DNA of 64,000 nucleotides from Phoronis australis (lineage: Eukaryota; Animalia; Phoronida): assembly GCA_002633005.1 (NCBI GenBank), contig NMRA01000050.1, forward strand, positions 195,710 through 259,709. The letters are read 5' to 3'. Positions 12,346 through 22,887 of this stretch are shown here, piece by piece (position 1 is the stretch's first letter; each line of letters begins with the position of its first letter). The notes under the pieces were generated by a model. The model was given only the letters and a program-made list of their open reading frames with translations, had not been told where the DNA came from and did not search any database. A program made the position numbers and the translations under genes.

Positions 12346-14728
12346 CAGTGGCGGATCTACGGGGGGTTCAGGGGGTTTAACCCCCCCTCGGGCTAGGACC
12401 CAAAACTTAAAAAAAACAAAAGCGTCTCCAGCAAAACAAAAACGGCACCGCCAGCGTGTGTAAACCCCAAGTAAACCAACTTGGAAAAAATTGAGGGGGG
12501 TTCACTCTGAAAATACATTTTTTTGCATTGTGAATTGCTGAGTCTTTGTGGCTCATCGGCAAAACGCCCGGGGATTTAGTGTGCGCGCGCTTCCGTTGAC
12601 ACTTCTGAAGTAGCCAAGTATTTTAGATAGATTCACCGCTGAAAGAGCAGTTCTATAGCTGATTTCTTTAGGTGACTAGCTTCTTTACTCTATGATATAT
12701 TTTGATTTGATTAGGGGAAATACTGCGATGCCGCAACCCTGATATTCAGCCGAATTGACGTGCAACGTTTTTACCTTATCTGCCATACCGTGTCATTCTA
12801 TTACACTCCACACGTTTGTTTGTAACTGATGTATAGCAAAGTTGTCTTGCGCAATACCATACAGTGTACATGTACATGTACATGTAATATTGTGTACATG
12901 TACATGTAATATTTTTGAAAAAATATTTTTTTCCGAAGAATGGCTATTGTGGTGGGTGTCTGGTCGCGAGTCCGTTTGAAGACACACTCTAAAACAAGTT
13001 ATGTCCATAAAAAGAATGACCAAGGGGACACTCACATTGAGAAAGTGACCGCATTCGCGAAAAGTGTACAGTACCAGAAATTGCGGGGAGGCTGTGCTTT
13101 CACAACAAAGTCTTGCGGGACTCGTGCGATGTTCAGTAAGCCTCCTAAGGAGCCCTAATTCCGACCTCAACACCTACCGTCTGTCTACCTGCAATAAGCA
13201 CATTGCCGTCTTCTATACTGGAAATTCCCGCAGAAAGGTACACCCGATGAAACGCTCATGCCCATGGGCATTTATTTGATATTAGTACTTCGGGTTTCAA
13301 GCGTTCAGTCATTGGGACGTTTATTTCGAAAATTGCAAGAGATGCAAATAGGTCCCGGGATGCTTCGTCAAGGTTTGAAGAAGTCCATGATGAACGGATC
13401 AAATTTAGTTGCGCATGTACATGTAAGTCTTTTGATTGGACTTGGCAACTTCAAGGGTCTTAGTGTCAACTGAGCTGCGAAACGAGATGCTGACATTGTA
13501 GAGGCTTACAAGCTCATTGACACAGCAGTTGACGATGTGCAAGCGTTGGGAACAAACATCGAAGATATCTGGGTAGAATGGTTCCAAGACGAGCAAATCA
13601 TTGGAAAAAATATACAAATTCCTCGGCAGTCTAGACAACAGAAGGATAGGACTAACGTATGAGTAACCACTGGGGATTAAAATTTTAGAGAGAAGTTTTC
13701 AATTCAAAATTTTTTGCATAGTACACTTTAGGTCTCGCGACGGACCAGGCCAGCTTGATTTGTGTAGATGTTGAGTTTCAGTGTACTTCTGGTCCCTCGG
13801 CGAACTAGTCTTGTGATTTTTTTTCCCAAAGTGTGCTTTGTAAAACTATTTATCTCAGCCAGTACTGTTTGGTCCCGCGACAGATCGACTATTTTTATAG
13901 GGATAATAAGCACAGGTGTACTCTTGGTCTCGTGACGGACCAGGTCAGCTTTTTGTGTACTCTCAGTGTACATCTGGTCCCTCTGCAAACTAGTCCAGTG
14001 TATCTTTTCACCACTGTGCACAGGATGTTTTGGTTTCGTGAAACTGTTTTCAGATGATTTGTTTCCTGATAGATTTGACGTTTTTCAATTGTTGTCAACG
14101 TGATTCAGCTTAATAAAGTGATACCTAATTATTTATTGTCGCTTTTAATAATAGACTATGAGTTGAGAGCACCATCGTTCGCCAGTTTTTCTCGTAACGA
14201 GACAGAACACATGTTTATTTCCGGACTAACAGTACAGGTCTTCGTTCTTAAACAACTTGAGGCTGCTGTTACGCGATCATCTGATATTCAAATTTTTACG
14301 CCCCGTCGGTGCTCCTTAATTATGCTCTTGAATATTTGGAAATTGTCTAAGCCCCTGTATACACACCACACTTTTTCGTATACGACTTTTCGTATGCTAA
14401 AAAAGGTGTGTGTAAGCAGATGTTCCAACAAAATTTTTTGCTGGTAGCGTGACTCATACCCAGATGTGCACAATATGGTTTCACGAAACTTATGTGCCAA
14501 GTTCATGTGACGAAATCGAAAACGGTTTTTAATTATCTTAAGAAAAACTCCAGAGACATGTTAAGTGACACAAACTTACCAGGATACATGGAAATTTCAC
14601 TATTTGGCTACAAAAACAAGAAATTTCTTACACGGGAGGGGAAACCCCCCACTGGGCGCTACGCGCCTGGGATTCGACCTTGGCGGGAATCCTAAACCCC
14701 CCTTGCTGAAAACGTAGATCCGCCACTG
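12346..14728 (+). mobile_element. Non-autonomous hAT-like DNA transposon with 5-bp TSD
   Basis: TIR CAGTGGCGGATCTAC at both ends; flanks CGACC/CGACC. Internal decayed peptide at ~13480-13660, KRDADIVEAYKLIDTAVDDVQALGTNIEDIWVEWF...IPRQSRQQKDRTNV*, resembles PRKRIR/THAP12-type hAT transposases. Confidence 0.8.
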
Positions 14729-15041
14729 CGACCCTGCATAAATCAGCCTGGGCTCCTACCCAGCCCGAGTGTTATCTAAAGAACTGAAAAAGCCCTATAA
14801 CGACTTGCAAGGAGGGTAAAACAATTCCGCGAATGTTGAAATTTAGGTACAGTACGCTAAATATAACGACACTAAACAGATACATATATTATATTATAAA
14901 TGTTTGACGATTTTAAAAATGTTAGTATGCTCACGTGATCCGAATCCCGCTTAATTTCTGTCGAGAGTGGAAGTTCAATGGTTGGCGAAAGCGTCTCTTG
15001 CCCGCCAGCGCCTCCAGTGGCGGAGTTATTCTAAAACCCAG

Positions 15042-15295
15042 GGCCTGTTTCTTAAAGATTCCAATGGCTATTGTCTTCGGGCATTAGCCAAAAATTCAGA
15101 AATCTGACTAGCCTACAAGTAACCAAAAACTGATACCTTGTCTTGTACTTTCTCGAAACGTTCTAACTGCGAATTGTAGACAGACTTTCTGAAATTCAGT
15201 CGTGTTTTCATGAAACAGGTTAAGCCTTCCGCAGGCTGCTTTTTAGCTGAAAGTCAAAAGGCAAAACCAATAAGAACTCTTCAAGAAATGGGCCT
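15042..15295. mobile_element. Harbinger-like MITE
   Basis: GGCCTGTTTCTTAAAGA ... TCTTCAAGAAATGGGCC inverted ends, flanked by CAG on both sides. Confidence 0.5.
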
Positions 15296-16399
15296 CAGGG
15301 ACCTCCATTATCAAAGTGACTTTATGACTTTAGATGGCTTATGAACAAAATTTCATCTTATCCTCCAAAGTCATAGTTCCCGAAAATAAGCTCAGCCAAG
15401 TAATTGCGAGCCCATCAAAATGTAATAAGAATTGATGGAAATTATCTCAGTAACTAGCAGTTATGCGTATATTCTCAGAGACTACATTGTTACAGTGTAG
15501 GCAAACGTTTGAGAAACAGTCCCTCGTGGCTGCAGGATAGTCAGTCAGCGGTGACACGAACTTATTCCCGCCCCCCCCCCCCCCCCAAGATTTTATTCTT
15601 TTAAACAATCCTTTTCAGGTCACATGCTCAATCTCTAAGATTCAGAAAATAATTCATAGGCACAGTAACAAATCTTTCTTTATACATCGACAATCTTTCA
15701 AATCTTATAGCTTAGAAGAACCCTACGATTAATCCGGCTTGACATTGCCAAGTTCATCTGACGTCGCACCTCACACTTTCCGCTGTCCTAATACCCTTGG
15801 TTTCCACTTGCACATTCACGCTTTCATGTAATGATTTGACTTCGCGAGCGAAGCTGTTTAAAACTACTTTGCTGTAGTATGGCTGGAGCTCGTCCACGTG
15901 CAGAAATAAACCACCTCTGTTGGAAAAACTAAGTATACAAAAATACTAGAAGCGTTCCGATGTTATGGCAAATCATATCCTGTATGACACTATCGTTTAC
16001 TATTCGGACATACAAAGGATATTGAACCTGGCATGGTTTTCCCACTTCAAATAAAGCGAATTGCGTAGTAAAATTGATCATGGTTTTGCTAGTGCCTTAA
16101 CTCCTGATTGACTTCAAGTGCTCGGCGGAGACATCTAATAAGTTAAAACGCTGGAAGATGTCATAAAGAACCAATCAGAAGGCTACGCCGTGTCCGGCGA
16201 AGTCAATCAAGTGTACCCAGTATTAAGGGTTGTTATCACGTGTGGCAACACTGTACATATTCACCAAAACGTAAAACAATCCTGTGAGGCTCTACATAGC
16301 ACGTTTCGTGCGAGATAGGCAAGACCAGGTAGGCTTATGTGAACACGAGTTGACCGTTAAGTTGCATGACGCAATGGAAGCCATTTTTGACAATTTAAG

Positions 16400-16748
16400 A
16401 AGTGTATATTTGCAGATATAGATAATTTGTATTTTTCTTTGTTATTAGCAGTTACGAATGCGTTATGTTCACGTATTACACTCGTTCCATTCTATGTGTT
16501 CAATACTTATTGTTTCATGTATGATTGAGCCTGCTGAGTGACGTGGAAAATATTGTCATTACCGAGCCACAATTTTCATCTGACATCGACAAAACCATTC
16601 TTATAGTTAGTCCGGTTCTTGTTGAAGTCAACGATTCTGTTGAATCTTCTCTGGATAACCTTGCAACAATCTTCACAGATGACAGCGAAGGTTTTGCAAC
16701 TGTCATGCGGTCTTATGCCCAGAAGGCCAGTATAATGTACATATATGC
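16400..16748 (-). pseudogene. FReD paralog pseudo-exon (FBG domain)
   Basis: Clear nucleotide homology to ~1050-1389 including the same acceptor (ttctag|GCAT). In-frame stops, e.g. GATGTCAGA-TGA at 16578-16576, then TAA and TAG. Homology is lost before the FST/GGWW region. Confidence 0.88.
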
Positions 16749-17650
16749 CTAGAAGTTGTGAATTTCAGTACTATCCGCATTAAACATGTGTCGTTCAATC
16801 TTTCTCAATGTGTAATTAGCCAGCGTCACACATATTCACGCAATTTTAATCTAACGCTCTAAACCACATTTTTAGTATTTTGAACAAATTATCTGCACAA
16901 AAACGAATTCGGGATGTGTGTAGTCATCTCTCACTGCCTGTATTTTTTCAAAAATCCGATTTTTTTAAATATCTTCACCTCGTGTTTTATTTTTTCGTTA
17001 CAAAAAGCTGTGTAGGAATTTCCTCCAGGGCATCTAACCATAGGACGGCGCTGTTGTGTTTTTTTGTCACAAGCAACAATACACGGAGATGCCGACTGTG
17101 AGAATACATACCATAAAATAAAACAGAATAGCGTAAAAAGCGGAACATCTTTATTAAACTCTGTGAAAATATATTAAGATATTCCCCACATTTCGATCAG
17201 TAAGCTCTTTGTCAAGAGTAGGGCCTACTATACAGAATTTAGTATAGACAGTGTACAAGGTAGTACAGTCGACCACATGCTGACAAACAATACATGTAGG
17301 TACTTAGAAAAATGATGGTCATTACATCTAACGGTAGGGAAGCCGCCAAAAGTTCAGGGAGTGAAACGCCTTTTGTACGCCAAACTGCTTGTAAAATCAA
17401 CGCTCCGGCGAACGGCGCTGCCATCAGGGGTGGTTACCATCATAGACTATTTTCCTAGTCTTTCCTTCACTCAACTTGCTACAACCTTGTTATTGGCTTT
17501 CTTACAATCCCCTGTGATTCACTCTGACTCTGAATCCGCCTATATACCAAGAACCCTGACGAGTATACAACGTTTCAACAAATTTGGAAGGCAAGGTGAC
17601 AATCTGTGTTCATGTTCACAGCGCTAATTGTCGCATTCGACACATATTGT

Positions 17651-18791
17651 CACCAGGTGCGCCCTCTTTTGTAGTGGAATAAAAACAATAAAACAAGTGT
17701 TATTTTCTAATGTCGACAAACTTTGTTTGTGATGACAATAAAAGGGAAGCTTAGGTTTGTCACGAGAAGCAAGCATTACGTGCCACTGGATATCGTGATT
17801 GGATGTTAGATGTGTGTGACAAGGAATGACCACGTCAGAGTGCCAGAGTCTCTTGATCCTCCGATTATCAACTTCTCGGTGTGTATTCCTTATATCAGAT
17901 CCGTCTCTGAAAGAATTCAGACTATTAACCGCGAGCACAAATTCAAGTCGTTTCACAAGCCGTTGAACACTAATTGGTACGCCCTTCATCAGTGAAAAAT
18001 ATGTTGCCCACCTTCGGGGTGTGGTTTGCGAATATGGGTGAGGTGAGTGTGCTGACGAGTATGAGTATATTGGTGAGGCGGGTCATCAGTTCAATAGGTT
18101 TATTTGTATTAAAGGCCTCTGGCCCAAAGTACAATAAACAAAAAATAAACAGGCACATTTGCACACACAGTCAACCCATTTAAGAGTTGTTCTCGTCTTT
18201 AAAGGGCAGAATACACATATTTAACAACAAATATATTTGGTTTAGCTAGCAGGCGTATACAGGATTCTTGAGTTGGATGATTCCATTGAACTTCCTTCAT
18301 AGAACGTGGCCTAAGTTTACAATATCACTTGCAAATCAACAGGAAGTGGTATTCATCGTCTACAAGACCATCATTACAAATCAAACAAAATCGATTATAA
18401 CATTCCACTTTCTCGTGTCTACCCACTTCCACTTGCAGTCTATGGTTGGAGCAACGTAACGGCGAGTAAACGCTTGAATAACACAACACTATTATGTAGC
18501 AGTTGTCGACCAGGGTTCAAGAGATCATCGGTAGCATGCCGGAAATTTGCATTGCCGGGTATTTGATGTGGACTTCGGTGTATTAGGTTTGCATCCAGAT
18601 AGATGTAAGCGTACGGTACGGAAGGTTATTGAGATTCGGGTCCAAAGACTACGTTTGAACAGAGATCCTGGACTTGACCTCCCTGCGGTGTGCTCAAACC
18701 TGGTGCGAGATTCCCCACCCCCCCGACACTAAGGAAACCCCTTGGTGATTTTATTGTTTTTATTCCTCAAGGAAAGAGGGCGCACCTGGTG
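17651..18791 (+). mobile_element. Penelope-like retroelement remnant with inverted terminal repeats
   Basis: IPYIRSVSERIQTINREHKFKSFHKPLNT (RT C-terminal region) and RKVIEIRVQRLRLNRDPGLDLPAV (GIY-YIG C-terminus) are typical Penelope peptides; ~45-bp inverted repeat CACCAGGTGCGCCCTCTTT...GGAATAAAAACAATAAAA at both ends. Confidence 0.7.
18085..18457 (-). mobile_element. L2/CR1-group LINE 3' fragment inserted in the Penelope remnant
   Basis: Minus strand reads RCSNHRLQVEVGRH...NRFCLICNDGLVDDEYHFLLICK*Y (ORF2 C-terminal CCHC), ending in a GGCC stem and AATAAA. Confidence 0.7.
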
Positions 18792-18851
18792 GTGAACCAC
18801 GTCCGTAGATGAAATGGCTGTACACCAGCAAGGCCTCAACTAAGGTATATG

Positions 18852-19250
18852 TCGCCGCAGTTTGGTCACATTTACTTTTCATGTTTCGAATCTAGTTTTC
18901 CGATAAAAATATACCCTTTCGTCAGACAACTATTTGGTGCACTGACGTGTTCTCTAATGTATTTTTCTACGTCTCTGTGTATAATTATCGACACATTTTT
19001 AAGATTTAATATCCAAGCTGGACTCGAAAGACCGGCCATTTAACTCACGCAATGTGAACTTCCGCTTTGTTTATCGCAGTGAGCCTCGCCTTGGGTTTTA
19101 ATGACCGCCGCGTGAGAGGAGTCTCTGCCAAGATTAAAGTGTGCTGCTATTGATCATATTGTGATCCAAACAACAGTTTACACGGTCGTCAACATTGATG
19201 CTTTGATTGTGTCTGCTCCTTATATAAAATCGACATGCCAATCATTTTCC
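18852..19250 (-). pseudogene. Duplicated intron-1 and upstream region of the FReD paralog (exon 1 deleted)
   Basis: 18852-19115 aligns with ~4768-5036 and 19119-19250 aligns with ~5919-6029. Confidence 0.8.
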
Positions 19251-19634
19251 TTGAAGGGGTTGCGGATTAATTTAACTAAAAAGGTTAGATAGTTATGCAC
19301 ACGACTTACAAGCAACTAGAAAAACATTTCACACGTCATGTATAAAACAGAGTTTAGTTTAACTTTTATTAATGCATAGCATAAGCCCCTTCTTTTATAT
19401 TCATATTTAATGTGTACGCTGGTCTTTATCTCCCTCATTTAGTCGTGAAATCATGTCACACTCTATCAAACAAAACCAGCCCTTCTTTAAACAAATCGCA
19501 ATGTATTGTGGGCCGATAAAGTTTGTTTTAAATTACTAAACATTTCTGACAAGTCATCATTCAAAATGGTCTCCCAAGAGAAAGTAAACACTAGTTGACG
19601 ATCTTCAGCAAAGTTTCAGAATACGAAGATGGGC

Positions 19635-19730
19635 ACCTATACCACAATATGGGTACTGTACCTACACCACAATATGGGTACTGTACCTACATGTATACCA
19701 CAATATGGGTACTGTACCTATACCACAATA
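19635..19730. repeat. Minisatellite, ~25-bp unit x ~3.5
   Basis: ACCTATACCACAATATGGGTACTGT repeated with small variants. Confidence 0.9.
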
Positions 19731-21018
19731 TCCTCCTGATTTCTACACAATTATCACCAATATTTCTTAAGATCTTCAGATGTTTTGGGCCAAAATATTC
19801 ATGGTGCTCTAACTGAAAAATAATGAATCAAAAGTTTTCAAATAGACATTTTAAGCATATCTTACCATGTACACCAAGTTTTTTAATGTCTGAGTCAGTG
19901 ACTTTAGAGTCGGCCTGTTGATGCTCTCGCAGAAGGACATGTTGTTCGGGAGGTCATCAAACGACTTTGACTTTGAATAGCCATACAAGTAACCAAACTA
20001 AATCGAGCATCTTGACTTACATATGAATCAAGAAACAATCTCTTTGTGCGATGTGCCTCATGTAATTAGTGCTAATTAATATCTAATCATCCTTACAAAT
20101 TAAGATTAACAATGTCAATATTGTTTGCCCTATACCAGGATCGAAAGAACACCTCAAGATGATCTTATGGCGACTTTTATTAATTAAAATTAATCACACG
20201 CTTGCCCTACCTAATATGACGCTTAGACTTTGGACTAGAATTTTAATTTATGTCGAAGCGTGCAATTAAAATGATGAAGAAAATGATAACTATCGCGGAT
20301 ACCACGTCAAATTTGGAATATAACGTGATAACTCTGCTTAAATAATTGGAGTTTCAATGAACAAGAAGGGGAAATAACCAGTTAACTCAACCAAGACATC
20401 ATCATACACGCGGAGAATAAGTTGTCGTGAGAAGCGAATAGCATGTTTCCTCTAGTGGCGTACAAACTTCCATAGAGTTTCCTAGGTGCAACTGAGCTAC
20501 ATGTATGGATCTGCAAAGCGAAAAGTGGAGCCATTGCTTGTTCTTGTGTATACGAAAAGGTTAGTAAGAAATAAAAAGACTGAACAGGTACTGAACTAAG
20601 TCATACTTATTTCTTAGTTGTACAAAAGTATTCCTCTACCCCATATACAAACTCATACAATACATTACAAAAATACGTATCCTCATAGCCCCTTCTTTTA
20701 TTAGCTGCTAAAAAATACTAGATTTAAATAAGCACACTTCAGCAGGACATTTTAATTTTTTTCACAGTTCATGCTTACTATCTTGTTGTTCCTTATCGTG
20801 ATAAGTGAACACTCAAAAAATAACATTCGACTAACACAAATATTTTTTGTGCGAAACTTGTGGATTCCGTTTCTTTTTTATTAGCTGCAGATGGATGTGT
20901 GCCATTTATATACAGGGCCTTTAAGCCTAAGAATTTGGCTTTCAAAAACCATAAACACTTCCATTTTCACGGGAATGTTGACGTCTTCATTTATGACACC
21001 ACACGTCTCGTACTTTAA

Positions 21019-22536
21019 GGAGAAGACAGGTTTTTTCGTGTCATTTTACTAAAATTGCGGTTCGTTGATTATCCAAAACATATTTTTGAGTTAAAAACGG
21101 CTTCCCATAATTTTATTAATTAGTGAAGCCTTACTCCGGAAGTCACGTTTAGGGGATTATGAATTTCTCTCCATTTTGTTTTCATATAATCCGTCTGTGT
21201 GAGCTGTCGAGTAAGTCATTGTTTTACCTCGGTTGTGATAAGTTCGGTCGTCGTTTGCGTTTATTTATGACCCAGTCAACATGCCGCACACTTGCTGCAC
21301 ACCGGGGTGTACTCATTATTGTCTCAATTGCACTTTGGGTGTATCATAACATCGCTTCCCGAAATATGACACATGACTACACCGTACTTAGCTCGTTCAT
21401 AGAACGCAGCGTTACCCGTCCAGCAAGGTACAAAGCACTGGAAATTTACCGAGTGTGTGGCAGGCATTTTCTACCGAAGGATTATAAAAGAGATTTACAT
21501 GCCTACGCGGAAATTGATAAAGGTTTCTGCAAAACAACTCTGTTGATTCCCGCCAGTGCCCTGTCACCACCCCCGAGAAGAGCATTTTTCAAGCGAGAAG
21601 CCTCACGAGCTGTGGTGACTGGAGGGCCTTCATATACTGTCACCAGTGCCTCCGAACGTACCCCCCAGAGCGTGCAATTCCGGAAACTAGCACTGATTCG
21701 CCCTGCGCTGGTGTTGCCTCCAGACCAGAGCCTGTAAGCAGCCCTGCAGCGATGTTGTGTGGTGGGAGTGATTACATACCCAGTTCGTCATCCAGTGAAC
21801 AAGCCAGTGAGCCAAACTTTTGATTAAAATAAGTTTATTGTGGACTTGACTAAAGTATTGGAGCTAGTTAGAAGGTACCATATGTATAACGAGAAAGTCA
21901 CACGGCAGGATGTAAGTGGTTTGGGTGCTCGGGTCACAAACCAGTGGGAACAGCATATAGGTATTCCAGTTAGATCGGCATAACAATGCGCACCGTGTAT
22001 TTGACGGACCAAGACGTCCCACCACGTCTGTCCTCCGTCTCTGCCCCATGCCTGTGCGTATTCTGCCTCAGTATACTCGGGATCAAACATGTATCCACCT
22101 ACTGACTGTTCGTGAAAAAATTCCTCGTCATCACTGCAATGAACAATGTTTCCGTCTCTCATGTCACTGTGTCTGTGATATGAGTCGTCAACCCCAGCCA
22201 TTTTCAGGCTACTACAAACTAAACGATGACCCTAAATTCAACGTAATTAAGCTATGTAACAACCTAGCTTGTCATAGAATATTCGTCGATGGTAAGTGGT
22301 CATGACAATTTTAGGAAACCAGCACGAAAACTACAGTACAAGAGATCCTCACAGTAAACTCAACACCAAAAGAACATGGCGGGAAATTCTTAACCCCGTA
22401 AACGTCATTTCCGGAGTAGGGCACGAATAATTAATAAAATAACGAGAAGTCGTAATTAACTGAAACATATGTCTGGGATAATCAAGGAGCTGTATTTTTA
22501 CTAAAATTGACATGGAAACTGAGGTTGCCGTCGCCT
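21019..22536 (+). mobile_element. Internally deleted Kolobok-like DNA transposon (THAP 5' remnant plus convergent KolX-like 5' remnant)
   Basis: ~130-bp imperfect TIRs; TTAA left and TTGA right. Plus strand from ATG 21281: MPHTCCTPGC...HRFPK...RVCGRHF with stops. Minus strand from 22201: SDDEE...GGYMFDPEYTEAE...GRLGPSNTRC. Confidence 0.72.
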
Positions 22537-22887
22537 TTGAAGATCTTGTAGGTAAATTACAAGCGGCAGCTTTTGTAGGAAACAGTTTACAAATTGCATG
22601 ACAAAAAGATCATATTTATGGAAATTACGGAGAGCTCTGTGAAAAAACTCAAAACATAATATCAAACATCTAGATTTTATGCCAAATAAAGAGGCTGAGT
22701 CACTAAGTAAAATGGTGTAATCTGGTTTCGTAATCACAGGTACATAGCCAGAGAACTTGTCGGTCAATTCGACAATGTCACTGATAACAGCGAGAGCAGT
22801 AGGCCTATACCTCTTGATTAAATGTTATCAGGTACACTCTTTCGCAGTGCTACGAAATTATCAGAAAGCTTACATCACGCTGTCAGA

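Noticed and set aside
13554-14430. Segmental duplication or conserved gene shared with 51900-52763
   Set aside because: Both copies lie within the same hAT-like element family, so the shared ORFs are incidental.
19635-19730. CRISPR-like short repeats
   Set aside because: Head-to-tail units without unique spacers in eukaryotic DNA; a minisatellite.
21159-21737. 192-aa ORF as a host gene
   Set aside because: Lies within TIRs; only the RVCGRHF part is in the THAP frame, and the true start (21281) is in another frame with stops.
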